A stretch of 64,000 bases of DNA from Candidatus Korobacteraceae bacterium (lineage in GTDB: Bacteria; Acidobacteriota; Terriglobia; Terriglobales; Acidobacteriaceae), in the NCBI GenBank assembly GCA_049522855.1, contig JBEKNL010000016.1, positions 3,312 to 67,311 on the forward strand. The letters are read 5' to 3'. The translations under genes and the position numbers were made by a program. Below the pieces are notes generated by a model, which was not told where the DNA came from, ran no database searches, and worked only from the letters and a program-made list of their open reading frames with translations. Every line of letters starts with the position of its first letter. Position 1 is the first letter of the stretch. Shown here one piece after another: positions 47,322 to 59,169 of the stretch.

Positions 47322-47355
47322 GCAGTTGTCAGTTCCCGGTTGCCAGTTGTCAGTC
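47322..47355. repeat. left periodic arm flanking the four-helix-bundle gene
   Basis: gcagttgtcagttcccggttgccagttgtcagtc starts 2 nt after the atpG stop. Confidence 0.75.
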
Positions 47356-47390
47356 AAGAATTCTTGATTAATGGCTACTTCTGAACTTGG

Positions 47391-49269
<1,879 letters not shown>

Positions 49270-49275
49270 TCTGCC

Positions 49276-49701
49276 ATGGCTGACACGCTGCACTTACAAA
49301 TCGTGACTCCCGATCGGCTCGTCGTCCATGAGGATTGCGTGCAGGTCCAGATACCCGGCAAGAACGGGGAACTCGGCATTTTGCCGGGGCACGCACCGCT
49401 CATTACCGAGCTGCAGGTTGGTGAGATCAGCTATCGGGTAGGCACAACGATGCAGCACCTCGCCGTAGCGTGGGGTTTTGCCGAAGTCTTGCCGGACAAG
49501 GTGACGATCCTGGCCGACAGCGCTGAGCGTGCCGAGAACATTGACGTCAAACGGGCGCAGGAGGCGAAGGCCCGGGCCGAGGAAGCTCTGCGCCAGGCCG
49601 CCGCCGATCTCGACTACGACGCCACGCTCTACGCGTTGCGCCGCGCCGAAGTTCGCCTGGCGGTCGCCGCCCGCGCCGGACAGACCGCAGCCGCGTACTA
49701 G
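49276..49701 (+). CDS. atpC: F-type ATP synthase subunit epsilon
   Basis: LHLQIVTPDRLVVHEDCVQVQIPGKNGELGILPGHAPLIT is the typical epsilon beta-sandwich N-terminus. Confidence 0.93.
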   Translation: MADTLHLQIVTPDRLVVHEDCVQVQIPGKNGELGILPGHAPLITELQVGEISYRVGTTMQHLAVAWGFAEVLPDKVTILADSAERAENIDVKRAQEAKARAEEALRQAAADLDYDATLYALRRAEVRLAVAARAGQTAAAY

Positions 49702-49723
49702 CGCATCACTGGAAATTTAGTTT

Positions 49724-49760
49724 GCCGCGCCGGAAAGGACTTCCAGCGCGGCTTTGTTCT
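49724..49760. terminator. probable bidirectional terminator after atpC and the convergent gene
   Basis: gccgcgc-cggaaaggacttcca-gcgcggc followed by tttgttctt. Confidence 0.45.
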
Positions 49761-49769
49761 TGGGCTCTT

Positions 49770-50219
49770 TCATGGACAACTGGGAAAGACAAGTTCTTCT
49801 TTTGTGTTGAAGTTGAAGTACGCCAGAACCCACCCTTGGCCTGATCGGTAAACAACAAACTTGGCGAAAAGCGGCCCTTTCTCGAAGTTCAGGACCAAAT
49901 AAATCACCCGCGTTTTGGGCGAAAGGTCTTTGGTGCTTACGATCTCAAACGCCCGATATGCACCGTAGAATTCCTGAACTTGCAGCAAAACATTTGCCTG
50001 GCTAAGGGCCTCCTTGCTTCCATCTATTCCGCTACCCTTAATCCAGGTTCGAACCGCCTCTTCTGGGCCATTGCTTTTGTATGCTTCCAAGCCCAAGACA
50101 ACAATGGGCGGGAGGCCTTCGCTAGCCCCCTTCTCTTTTGAGCTGGAGGCCTGTGCACCGGAAACCAACGGCGCGAGGAAGAGAGCACAACAACATAGGG
50201 AAAGCACACGCTTACGCAT
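49770..50219 (-). CDS. hypothetical secreted protein
   Basis: Signal peptide MRKRVLSLCCCALFLAPLVSGAQA. The gene looks AT-richer than its neighbours. No family recognised. Confidence 0.5.
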   Translation of the reverse strand: MRKRVLSLCCCALFLAPLVSGAQASSSKEKGASEGLPPIVVLGLEAYKSNGPEEAVRTWIKGSGIDGSKEALSQANVLLQVQEFYGAYRAFEIVSTKDLSPKTRVIYLVLNFEKGPLFAKFVVYRSGQGWVLAYFNFNTKEELVFPSCP

Positions 50220-50366
50220 TTAGCCGCCTTTCATAGTAATAGTGCGACGAATGAGCTTCCTTACGACCGCAAGCCCAAGAGCGGGTGCTGAACATTGCGC
50301 TGTTTTGATTGCGCCGCGCCGGATGGAAATCCAGCGCGGCTTGGTTTTGCGATCACAATTCGGCGA

Positions 50367-51986
50367 TCAGGCCGAAACCGCTTTTGGTTGCGGTGCGGCG
50401 AAACGAATCGCTTTGGCGAGAAGAATGGTCTCGATGCAACGCAAGGCGTCGAGCACCTTGTCGCTGATCTCGCCATCCACCTGCACCACCGCTACGGCCG
50501 ATGCTTCCTGCCCACTCTGCTTGCGGCCGAGCGAGAAGTTGGCGATGTTCACATTGTGTTGCCCTAGCACGGTCCCAACGCGGCCCACAACGCCGGGCAC
50601 GTCGAGATTGCGCAGGTAGATGAAGTTGCCCTCCAGCGGCGCCTCCACATCGATGCCATCGATTTCCAGCAGTCTGGGCAGGCCGCTGGGCTGGACGCAA
50701 CCGGCCACTGTGCTCTCCTGCTGGCCGGCTTTGAAGGTCATGCGCAGCACGTTGGAGGCAGCCCCGCCCGCGTCGCGCGCTTTCTTGCGCTCGGTGATGC
50801 GGATGCCACGCTCCTCGGCGATGGACGCGGCGTTCACCAGATTCGCCCGCTCATGAGCGTGCGCGATCTGGTTCAGTGCGCCGGCCACGGCAGCATTGCG
50901 AATGAGTGCGGTCTTCCACTCGGCGATGTCGCCGCTGTAGCTCAGGCCCATCTCTTCTACGCCGCCTTCGCTGGACTGCGCCAGGAACGCACCCAAGCGC
51001 TCGCCGAGCAAGATGTACGGCAACATCTGCTGGTACTCTTCTTCGCTGATCGAGGGCACGTTGACAGCATTCTGGATAACGCCCTTCAGCAGGTACTCGC
51101 GGACCTGCAGCGCGATCTGCACGCCGACGGCCTCCGACGCCTCATGGGTGGAACCCGCGATGTGCGGCGTCAGGATGACGTTGGGGAGAGTAGCCAGGGG
51201 AGAGTCCTTGAGCGGCTCATGGCTGTAAACGTCCAGCGCAGCGCCACCCAGTTGTCCGGACTGCAAGGCCTCGATAACAGCGGGTTCATTCAGCAACTCG
51301 CCGCGAGCGCAATTGATAAGGCGCACCCCCTTCTTCATCTTGCGAATGGAATCGGCATTGATCATTCCCTGGGTCTGCGGGGTGAGACCGACATGCAACG
51401 TGATGTAGTCGGACTGGACGAAGACCTCATCGAGTGACGCCAGGGTAATGTTCAGTTGCTGCGCCAGACTGGGCGCCACGTAGGGATCGTGGCCAACGAC
51501 TTTCATGCCGAAGGCGATGGCGCGGCGCGAGACTTCGACTCCGACACGGCCCAGGCCGACGATGCCCAGGGTCTTGCCACGAAGCTCGGTGCCTTGCAGC
51601 GTCTTCTTTTCCCATTTGCCGGCATGCATGGTTGAGTCGGCGCGTACCAGGTGACGCGCCAGGGCCAGCATGAGAGCGAACGTATGCTCGGCGACAGCGA
51701 CAGCATTGCCGCCAGGCGTGTTCATCACCACGATGCCACGTTTGGTGGCAGCGTCGAGATCGACGTTGTCGACGCCCACGCCCGCACGGCCGATGACGCG
51801 CAGCTTGGGGGCCTTGTCCATCATGGCGGCATCGACGAACGTGGCAGAGCGCACCAGTATGGCATCCGCTGTGGCGAGCTCACCCGGTAGCGTCTCTTTG
51901 TCGGTGGTCACCACTTTCCAGTCTTTGTGTTCGCCGAAGATGGCGGACGCGGAAGGAGAGATTTTGTCAGCGATGACGATTTTCAT
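50367..51986 (-). CDS. serA: D-3-phosphoglycerate dehydrogenase (long form with ASB/ACT domains)
   Basis: NAD motif GIVGLGRVG, a 2-hydroxyacid dehydrogenase core and a C-terminal ACT-like region. 539 aa. Confidence 0.92.
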   Translation of the reverse strand: MKIVIADKISPSASAIFGEHKDWKVVTTDKETLPGELATADAILVRSATFVDAAMMDKAPKLRVIGRAGVGVDNVDLDAATKRGIVVMNTPGGNAVAVAEHTFALMLALARHLVRADSTMHAGKWEKKTLQGTELRGKTLGIVGLGRVGVEVSRRAIAFGMKVVGHDPYVAPSLAQQLNITLASLDEVFVQSDYITLHVGLTPQTQGMINADSIRKMKKGVRLINCARGELLNEPAVIEALQSGQLGGAALDVYSHEPLKDSPLATLPNVILTPHIAGSTHEASEAVGVQIALQVREYLLKGVIQNAVNVPSISEEEYQQMLPYILLGERLGAFLAQSSEGGVEEMGLSYSGDIAEWKTALIRNAAVAGALNQIAHAHERANLVNAASIAEERGIRITERKKARDAGGAASNVLRMTFKAGQQESTVAGCVQPSGLPRLLEIDGIDVEAPLEGNFIYLRNLDVPGVVGRVGTVLGQHNVNIANFSLGRKQSGQEASAVAVVQVDGEISDKVLDALRCIETILLAKAIRFAAPQPKAVSA

Positions 51987-53164
51987 ACGCTAGCCACCTC
52001 GGCGAATTGACCGGCAAAGACTTCTTGCGCGGCGCGCACGCCTGCGCCCAGTTCGATGTGATGGGACGGCGCAACTTTCACTAGCACATGTTCCAATGCG
52101 CCGATGACGCCGATGGCGTCGAGATAGTCGTAGTAACCGAGATGAGCGATGCGAAAGATCTTGCCCTTCATATCACCCTGCCCGTTGGCGACAATCATGG
52201 CAAAGCGCTCACGGAATTCTTTCACGATGGCGCTGGAATCCACGCCCGCCGGGGCCAGCACTGCTGTGACGGCAGCCGCAGGACAGGTGGGCGCGAACAG
52301 CTTCAGGCCGAGGGCCTTAACGCCGGCGCGGACCATGGCAGCCGAAGTTTCCGCATTGTGGATGAGGGCTTCGCGTCCATCGGCAAGATTGCCGTTGCCG
52401 CAGTGGCGAATGTAGTCGAGCGCCGCAGCCAGTCCACAGACCAGTGCGACGGCCGGGGTAAACGCCGATTCGCCCTTGGCCGCCGACTTGCGCTCCTTGC
52501 GCAGATCGAAGTAGTAGCGCGGCTGCTTGGCAGTCTCCATGCGTTGCCAGGCGCGCTCGCTCACGCTGAGATAGGCGAGTCCCGGCGGGATCATTACCGC
52601 CTTCTGCGAGCCACCGATGAGGACATCGATGCCCCAATTGTCCACCTCGAAATGAGTGGTGCCCAGCCCGGTGATGGCGTCAACCACGAAGAGCGTGTCG
52701 GTGCCCTTCAGCAGCGCCGCGATGGCCTTCACGTCGTGACGCGCCCCGGTGGAAGTCTCCGTGGCCTGCATGTAAAGCACGCGCGCGCCCTCGAGCTTGG
52801 ACTTGATTTCGCGCAGGTCGAAGGTCTGCCCGTAAGGAACCTCGATGAGCTCGATCTGGCAGGCAAACGCCTTGGCGAGATCACGCCAGCGTTCGCCAAA
52901 CTTTCCGGCGGTAAGCACGACAACTTTCTCGCCGGGAGAAGTCAGGTTGGAAACCGCGGCCTCCATGGCGCCGCTGCCGGAGGAAGCGAGAATCAGAACG
53001 TCGTTGTTGGTGCCGATGAAGGTCTTGAGATCGCCAAGTGTATGGGTGAAGATTTCACGGAATTCGGCCGTGCGGTGATGCATGTCCGCGGCGGCGATGG
53101 CATTTTGAGCGGCTGGAAGAAGAGGAGTTGGGCCGGGAGTAAATAGCCGTGTTTTACGAAGCAT
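51983..53164 (-). CDS. class V (AGXT-type) aminotransferase, likely the phosphoserine aminotransferase partner of serA
   Basis: PGPTPLLPAAQ N-terminus and PLP-lysine context GGSQKAVMIPPG. Shares a 4-nt overlap with serA. Confidence 0.8.
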   Translation of the reverse strand: MLRKTRLFTPGPTPLLPAAQNAIAAADMHHRTAEFREIFTHTLGDLKTFIGTNNDVLILASSGSGAMEAAVSNLTSPGEKVVVLTAGKFGERWRDLAKAFACQIELIEVPYGQTFDLREIKSKLEGARVLYMQATETSTGARHDVKAIAALLKGTDTLFVVDAITGLGTTHFEVDNWGIDVLIGGSQKAVMIPPGLAYLSVSERAWQRMETAKQPRYYFDLRKERKSAAKGESAFTPAVALVCGLAAALDYIRHCGNGNLADGREALIHNAETSAAMVRAGVKALGLKLFAPTCPAAAVTAVLAPAGVDSSAIVKEFRERFAMIVANGQGDMKGKIFRIAHLGYYDYLDAIGVIGALEHVLVKVAPSHHIELGAGVRAAQEVFAGQFAEVASV

Positions 53165-53313
53165 GGCAATGACCTCTGCAGTTAATTGCCGGCGCAGACA
53201 AGCGCCGACACTTTAATCATAGGCTTCCGCGGCCGGGCAAGCCACGACATGTGGGTAGTGGCTGTGTGCTCCGTATCACCAGGCAATGTGACGCGCTACT
53301 CTATAATTACGTC

Positions 53314-53766
53314 ATGAGCTTGACCCAGCAGGTACAAAAAGACATGGTTGATGCCATGCGCAACAAGCAAGAGTTGCGCCTCTCAACCTTGCGCATGATG
53401 AAAGCCGCGTTGCAGAACAAGCGAATCGACAAACGCGCCGACCTCGAAGAAAAAGAAGAGCTGCAGGTCTTCACCACCATGATCAAGCAGCGCAAGGACT
53501 CCATCGAACAGTTCGAGAAGGGCAACCGCCCCGAGCTGGCGGCCAGGGAGGCCCAGGAGATCGCGATCATCGAGGCCTACATGCCCAAGGCGGTCGGGGA
53601 AGAGGAGATCGTTGCCACCGTCCGGGCCGTCATCGCCGAGATGGGCTCTCCCACAATGAAGGACATGGGCGCGGTGATGAAGAATGCCAAGGCCAAATTT
53701 GGAGACGCGCGCGTGGACGGCAGGCTACTGAGCGAAGCGGTGAAGAAAGAGCTGGCGGGAAAATAA
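53314..53766 (+). CDS. GatB/YqeY domain protein
   Basis: MSLTQQVQKDMVDAMRNKQELRLSTLRMMKAALQNK... is the typical YqeY pattern. Start set at ATG 53314. Confidence 0.88.
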   Translation: MSLTQQVQKDMVDAMRNKQELRLSTLRMMKAALQNKRIDKRADLEEKEELQVFTTMIKQRKDSIEQFEKGNRPELAAREAQEIAIIEAYMPKAVGEEEIVATVRAVIAEMGSPTMKDMGAVMKNAKAKFGDARVDGRLLSEAVKKELAGK

Positions 53767-53923
53767 GTCAGCACTCAGCATTCAGCGCTTGGATGGCTGA
53801 CTTTCGCTGCTTTCACAAACATTCTGGCCTGAAAGATCGTTCTTTCCGCCCCAAGTGTTCGCCCCTACCGTTGACCCTTCTTGTCAACCAACATCCATGG
53901 GCTGAATGCTGACGGCTGAGTGC
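53767..53923. repeat. periodic inverted repeat (cagc(a/t) units) with ~110-nt ORF-less loop
   Basis: gtcagcactcagcattcagcgc ... gctgaatgctgacggctgagtgc. It starts directly after the yqeY stop. The inner loop contains the gttgac-ccttctt-gtcaac hairpin. Confidence 0.7.
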
Positions 53924-53964
53924 TTATTGCTTTCCTCCGAATGTTGTAATCTGAAACTGCCCGC

Positions 53965-55323
53965 ATGACCTACCAAAGCACCGTGAAGCAGCTCTACGCG
54001 CTGGGACACGAGCTCGCCAGTACGCCGGCGCCCAAGTTTGATTTGACCTACGTGCGCGAGATGCTGGACGCCCTCGGCCATCCCGAGCGGCGTTTCGCCA
54101 GCGTGCTGATTGCGGGAACCAACGGCAAAGGCTCGACCGCCGCAATGCTTTCCTCCATCTTGCGGGTTGCCGGATACAGGACCGCGCTCTACAGTTCGCC
54201 GCACCTGATTCGCATCAACGAACGCATTCGCGTTAACGGCGATGCCATCTCCGACGCGGAGTTCGGCGAAATGCACGATCGCGTCGAGCGAACCGCGCAA
54301 GACCTGCTACGTTCCGGCAAGTTGCCCTGGCACCCCAGCTTCTTTGAGATGCTGACGGTGATGGCCTTCGAATATTTCGCCAGTGTTGCGGTCGAGATCG
54401 CGGTGCTCGAAGTGGGTATGGGCGGGCGGCTCGACGCGACCAATGTCGTCGAACCGATGATCTCAGTTATCGCCGATATCGCGCTCGATCATCAGAAGTA
54501 TCTCGGCGATACCATTGCCGAAATCGCACGCGAGAAGGCAGGCATCATCCGGCAGAATGGCATTGTGGTCACCCTGCCGCAACATCCCCAGGCCAACGAT
54601 GTGCTCGGGCAAGCCATCCTGGAGAAGCATGCCCGCGGCGTGAGCGCCGCGAAATACGTGCCGCCGGTGTCGCCTGGTGCTGAGACCTATCTCGAAGGAC
54701 GCCCCCTGCCCGAGCCCGGACGCAGCCGTTACCCGCTGATTGTGATGGGCGAAGAAATTGACGTGGACTCGCCGCTGGCTGGACGTCATCAACTCCGCAA
54801 CCTGGCATTGGCGATTGCTACTGCGGAAGAATTGGCGCAGTTCTGGTTCAAGGTGACGCCGCAGCAAATCGAACAGGGCATTCGCGAGACCCACTGGCCG
54901 GGCCGTTTTCAGGTGCTGCCGCCGTCGGCGGCGACCCATCAGCGCGAGATGGTGCTCGATGTGGCGCACAATCCGGCTGGCGCATGGGCTTTGCGCTCTG
55001 CGCTTTCGGAGAATTTTTCCGGACGCGACTTGACCATGGTCTTCGCCGCCATGCGCGACAAGGCGCTCGAGGAGATGGCAGCGATACTGTTCCCCATTGC
55101 CGAGCAAGTGATCGTGACCAGAGTTGCCAACCCGCGGTCGGCCACCACCAGCGAACTGCTGCAAGCCGCCTCGCGTACAGGAACGCCGCTTTTCTCCGAG
55201 GACTCGGTGCCCGCCGCGCTCGCCCGTGCGCGCGAGGTCAGCAAGCCGCAGGGCTTGATTGCAGTTACGGGGTCAATCTTCCTGGTCGGCGAGGCCATGT
55301 CCGCGATGGGTATTCCGGCATGA
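53965..55323 (+). CDS. folC: bifunctional folylpolyglutamate synthase / dihydrofolate synthase
   Basis: P-loop AGTNGKGSTAAM and a Mur-ligase fold pattern. Confidence 0.93.
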   Translation: MTYQSTVKQLYALGHELASTPAPKFDLTYVREMLDALGHPERRFASVLIAGTNGKGSTAAMLSSILRVAGYRTALYSSPHLIRINERIRVNGDAISDAEFGEMHDRVERTAQDLLRSGKLPWHPSFFEMLTVMAFEYFASVAVEIAVLEVGMGGRLDATNVVEPMISVIADIALDHQKYLGDTIAEIAREKAGIIRQNGIVVTLPQHPQANDVLGQAILEKHARGVSAAKYVPPVSPGAETYLEGRPLPEPGRSRYPLIVMGEEIDVDSPLAGRHQLRNLALAIATAEELAQFWFKVTPQQIEQGIRETHWPGRFQVLPPSAATHQREMVLDVAHNPAGAWALRSALSENFSGRDLTMVFAAMRDKALEEMAAILFPIAEQVIVTRVANPRSATTSELLQAASRTGTPLFSEDSVPAALARAREVSKPQGLIAVTGSIFLVGEAMSAMGIPA

Positions 55324-55327
55324 CGCG

Positions 55328-56188
55328 ATGACGAATCCTGAAACACAAGTCGAAAGTCGCGAAGCGGGCCGGGGCTCTCTGCTGAGCCGTCTGCGTTCGT
55401 ACTTGTTTTTCACGCCGTTGATCTATCTGTACACGGGAGTGCTGGGAACGCTCTCGTTGCTCTCATCGCTGTCGGACCGCGAGGGGCGCATACAACACTG
55501 GTTCGCGCGCACCTGGGCGCGCATGATTCTGAAGACGGCGCTGGTTCGCGTGCGCGTCGAAGGACTCGACCATGTCAGCCCTGCGCAGACGGCCATCTAT
55601 GCAGCCAATCATCTGTCGGCGCTGGACATTCCCGTGCTCTACGCCTGCCTGCCGGTGCAGTTCCGTATCATGGCCAAGAAGGAGCTGTTCCGTTATCCGT
55701 TTCTCGGCTGGCATCTGAAACGGTCCGGTCAGATCCCGATTGATGCGGGCGACGCGCGCGCTTCGCTGCGCAGCTTGACTCACGCCAGCGAGTCCTTGCG
55801 CCACGGCACTCCGCTGGTGGTGTTTCCTGAAGGCGGGCGCTCCCTCACCGGGCAGCTTCAGGAATTTATGGGTGGTGCCGCTTACGTCGCCATCAGGGCG
55901 CAAGCTCCGATCGTGCCGATCGCAATCGTGGGAACGGACGGAGTGTTGCCCATGAACAGCTTCCATCTGTTGCCGGGTGAGGTGGAGATGATCATCGGGA
56001 AACCGATTCCCACCACCGGGCTGCGCGTGCGTGACATGGACAGGCTCACGATGCAACTACGGCAGGCGATCGCAGAGATGTACTATTCGCGGTCGAAGAC
56101 CGTCCCTTCACCGCAAACGAGCGGCGAAGCCAAGCCCCAACCGCTGCTGGCCCCCAACTCGAAGCTCCAGCGAAAAGAGCCGACATGA
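55328..56188 (+). CDS. plsC: 1-acyl-sn-glycerol-3-phosphate acyltransferase
   Basis: HX4D motif ANHLSALDIP and the FPEGGRS motif. Start at ATG 55328, 4 nt after the folC stop. Confidence 0.88.
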   Translation: MTNPETQVESREAGRGSLLSRLRSYLFFTPLIYLYTGVLGTLSLLSSLSDREGRIQHWFARTWARMILKTALVRVRVEGLDHVSPAQTAIYAANHLSALDIPVLYACLPVQFRIMAKKELFRYPFLGWHLKRSGQIPIDAGDARASLRSLTHASESLRHGTPLVVFPEGGRSLTGQLQEFMGGAAYVAIRAQAPIVPIAIVGTDGVLPMNSFHLLPGEVEMIIGKPIPTTGLRVRDMDRLTMQLRQAIAEMYYSRSKTVPSPQTSGEAKPQPLLAPNSKLQRKEPT

Positions 56189-56970
56189 AACCGCGTATCG
56201 CCATTCCAACTCCCAACTCGACGCGGCCACTCTATGTGTTGCGCGCGCTGCCTCAATATGAGCGGGCGATTCGCGCGGCTGGTGGCGAGCCCGTCATCAT
56301 TGCGGCGAATGCTACCAACGCGGAGATCGCGCAGGCCGTCAAGCGCTGTGACGGCGTGCTCCTGCCGGGGAGTCCGGCGGATGTCGATCCCGAGAAATAT
56401 GGCGCGCAGCGGCATCCCGAGACTGCACTCGGCGACGCCTTTCGCGACAACGCCGATGAGCTGCTGTTGCAGGATGCCTACAACATGCGCAAGCCGGTCT
56501 TCGGCATCTGTTACGGACTGCAATCGCTGAACGTGTGGCGAACCGGCACACTCGACCAGGAATTGCCTGCGGGAGTCAACCACAAGGCTGGGAGCCGGGT
56601 CGCTCAGGCACATCGGGTGCAGCTTGATCCACAGTCGAGGCTGGCCGCAATCTTGCGCGATGCGGGCGCTCTGCCCGCCGGCAACGAACTTGTCATGCCG
56701 GTAAATTCCAGCCATCATCAAGCGCCCGAAACGCTCGGCGATGGATTGCGGCTGGTGGCGTGGTGCCCCGAGGACGGCGTGAAAGAGGCGGTCGAGGGGA
56801 CGGCGCCCGATCAATTTGTGTTGGCGGTGCAGTGGCACCCGGAACGGACCTATGAGAGCGATGAAGGTTCGCGGGCCATCTTCCGCGCCTTTGTTCAGGC
56901 TGCTGCCGAGTGGCATAAGAAATTAGAGAACAAGCAGCAGGACTTCGAGTCGGTGACGGGAAAGAGCTAG
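56185..56970 (+). CDS. class I glutamine amidotransferase-like hydrolase, peptidase C26 (PuuD / gamma-glutamyl hydrolase) family
   Basis: Nucleophile context FGICYGLQSLNV and His/Glu context VQWHPER. ATGA overlap with plsC. Confidence 0.82.
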   Translation: MKPRIAIPTPNSTRPLYVLRALPQYERAIRAAGGEPVIIAANATNAEIAQAVKRCDGVLLPGSPADVDPEKYGAQRHPETALGDAFRDNADELLLQDAYNMRKPVFGICYGLQSLNVWRTGTLDQELPAGVNHKAGSRVAQAHRVQLDPQSRLAAILRDAGALPAGNELVMPVNSSHHQAPETLGDGLRLVAWCPEDGVKEAVEGTAPDQFVLAVQWHPERTYESDEGSRAIFRAFVQAAAEWHKKLENKQQDFESVTGKS

Positions 56971-56972
56971 GT

Positions 56973-57063
56973 CACCACTGAGACACAGAGTTTTTTGGGG
57001 TTGCTGTTATTGATCTTTAAGAATGAGTCTCAGATTTTCTCTGTGCCTCTCTGTCACTGTGGT
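56973..57063. repeat. periodic inverted repeat (cacagag/ctctgtg units) with AT-rich ~48-nt loop
   Basis: caccactgagacacagag ... ctctgtgcctctctgtcactgtggt. It starts 3 nt after the C26 gene stop and lies upstream of serS. Confidence 0.7.
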
Positions 57064-57112
57064 AGAACCTCCCCTTGGTGATCGGCAGCGTCTTCGAGTA
57101 ACCTGATCTCTT

Positions 57113-58405
57113 ATGCTCGATCTAGGCTTTGTACGCGATCATCTACCTCTTGTCGAAGAAAAGCTGCGCCAACGCGGCATGAATCCCGACGGCGTCCTCG
57201 AGGACTTTCACGCCATCGATGTCGAGCGCCGCGCCGCCATCACCAAGTCCGAAACCCTGAAAGCCCAGCGCAACAAGGCCACGGAAGAAATCGCCAAGCT
57301 CAAGAAGGACAAGCTGGACGCCACGGCGCTGATCAACGAGACCAAGGAGCTGCGCGAGAAGATCTCCGAAGCCGAGAAGGCGGCCGAAGAGGCGGACGCA
57401 AGACTGCGCAACATCTTGACCGGAATTCCCAATCTGCCGGACGACAGCGTGCCCGTCGGCAAGAGTGAAGCCGACAACGTCGAGGTGCGGCGTTGGGGTA
57501 CGCCTCCCCAGTTTGAGTTCACGCCCAAACCGCACTGGGAACTGGGCGAGGAGCTCGGCGTGCTCGACCTGGCGCGCGCGGCCAAGCTCGCGGGAGCGCG
57601 CTTTGCCGTGTACTGGGACATGGGAGCGAAGTTGGAGCGGGCGCTGATGAACTTCATGCTCGATCTGCATACGCGCGAGCATGGCTATACCGAAGTCTTG
57701 CCGCCGTTCATGGTCAACGCCGACTCGATGTACGGCACCGGCCAGTTGCCAAAGTTCGAAGCCGACTTGTTCAAGGTCCCGCATGGCGACAAAAACCTCT
57801 ACCTGATTCCCACCGCCGAAGTTCCCGTGACCAATCTCTATCGGGACGAAACGCTGGACGGCGCGCGACTGCCAATCTCGCTGGCGGCGTACACGCCGTG
57901 CTTCCGCAGCGAGGCCGGCTCGTACGGCAAAGATGTGCGCGGCATTATTCGCCAGCACCAGTTTCAGAAGGTCGAGCTGGTGAAGTTCACCAAGCCCGAG
58001 CAGTCATGGGAGGAGCACGAGAAGCTGACGCGCAATGCCGAGGCCGTGTTGCAAAAACTCGGCCTGCACTATCGCACCGTGGCGCTCTGCACCGCGGACT
58101 TGGGTTTCTCGGCGGCGAAAACCTATGACATCGAAGTGTGGCTGCCGGGGCAGAATCTCTTCCGCGAGATTTCCTCGTGCTCGAACTTCACAGATTTTCA
58201 GGCGAGGCGCGCGAACATCCGTTACCGTCCGGAAGGCGGCAAGAAAACGGAGTTGGTGCACACCCTCAACGGTAGCGGGCTGGCGATCGGACGGACCTGG
58301 GTTGCGATCGTCGAGAACTATCAGCAAGCCGACGGCAGCGTGCTCATTCCTGAAGTCCTGTGGCCGTACATCGGCAGCGATCGCATCACCGCGAAGAAGT
58401 TCTAG
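57113..58405 (+). CDS. serS: seryl-tRNA synthetase
   Basis: N-terminal coiled-coil arm plus a class II core ([34 protein letters not shown]). Confidence 0.95.
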   Translation: MLDLGFVRDHLPLVEEKLRQRGMNPDGVLEDFHAIDVERRAAITKSETLKAQRNKATEEIAKLKKDKLDATALINETKELREKISEAEKAAEEADARLRNILTGIPNLPDDSVPVGKSEADNVEVRRWGTPPQFEFTPKPHWELGEELGVLDLARAAKLAGARFAVYWDMGAKLERALMNFMLDLHTREHGYTEVLPPFMVNADSMYGTGQLPKFEADLFKVPHGDKNLYLIPTAEVPVTNLYRDETLDGARLPISLAAYTPCFRSEAGSYGKDVRGIIRQHQFQKVELVKFTKPEQSWEEHEKLTRNAEAVLQKLGLHYRTVALCTADLGFSAAKTYDIEVWLPGQNLFREISSCSNFTDFQARRANIRYRPEGGKKTELVHTLNGSGLAIGRTWVAIVENYQQADGSVLIPEVLWPYIGSDRITAKKF

Positions 58406-58466
58406 GGCGATTCCAGAATGGCTGCTCTAACCTCCTATCCGTCAAAGGCAGGTTATAATAGAAGCA

Positions 58467-59096
58467 GTGCATACCGGCAAGCGACAGTCCGGATATCAAT
58501 TCGATCTAAGCGGCGGAGTGCTTTGCCTTGATTTTGCCAACACCGTAAGCCACCGCCACCTTCCGCAACGCCGCGCCGAACATCTTGGCAGCTATGCGGA
58601 CCTGGTCGCATTCGCAGATCAGTCCAAGCTGCTGTCACCGAAGCTGGCCGCCAGCTTGCATGCCCGCGCGAGCCGCGACCATGCCGGAGCGCGAAGCGCC
58701 TTCCGCAAATCCATCGTCCTGCGCGAAAGCCTCTACCGCGCCTTCTCCGCCATCGCCACAGGCAGACATGCTCCTCCCGCAGACGTGCAGCGGATCAACG
58801 ACTTTGCGCTGGCGGCGCTGCAGCACCGCAAACTGGCGCAAAGGAACGGCGATTATCGCTGGGAATGGCAATCCAACGGAAGCGATCTTCTCGATCGCAT
58901 ACTGTGGCCGGTGGCGGAGTCGGCTGCCGAGCTTCTGACCTCGGACGCTCGTGCCGCCATTCGCGAATGCCGCGCGCCCGATTGCGAGTGGCTCTTCCTC
59001 GACCAGAGCCGCAACCGCAGCCGCCGCTGGTGCGACATGAAGTCCTGCGGCAACCGCCAGAAAGCCCGCCGTCACTACCAGCGCACGCACGCATAG
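58467..59096 (+). CDS. CGNR zinc-finger (ABATE) domain protein
   Basis: C-terminal ...CRAPDCEWLFLDQSRNRSRRWCDMKSCGNRQKARRHY. Confidence 0.88.
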   Translation: MHTGKRQSGYQFDLSGGVLCLDFANTVSHRHLPQRRAEHLGSYADLVAFADQSKLLSPKLAASLHARASRDHAGARSAFRKSIVLRESLYRAFSAIATGRHAPPADVQRINDFALAALQHRKLAQRNGDYRWEWQSNGSDLLDRILWPVAESAAELLTSDARAAIRECRAPDCEWLFLDQSRNRSRRWCDMKSCGNRQKARRHYQRTHA

Positions 59097-59169
59097 TTAT
59101 TCCGCACGGGATTGCGGTGCAATGGTCAGCTGGGATTATTGGTCTGGCGCGGATAATGCGCTCAGCCCT

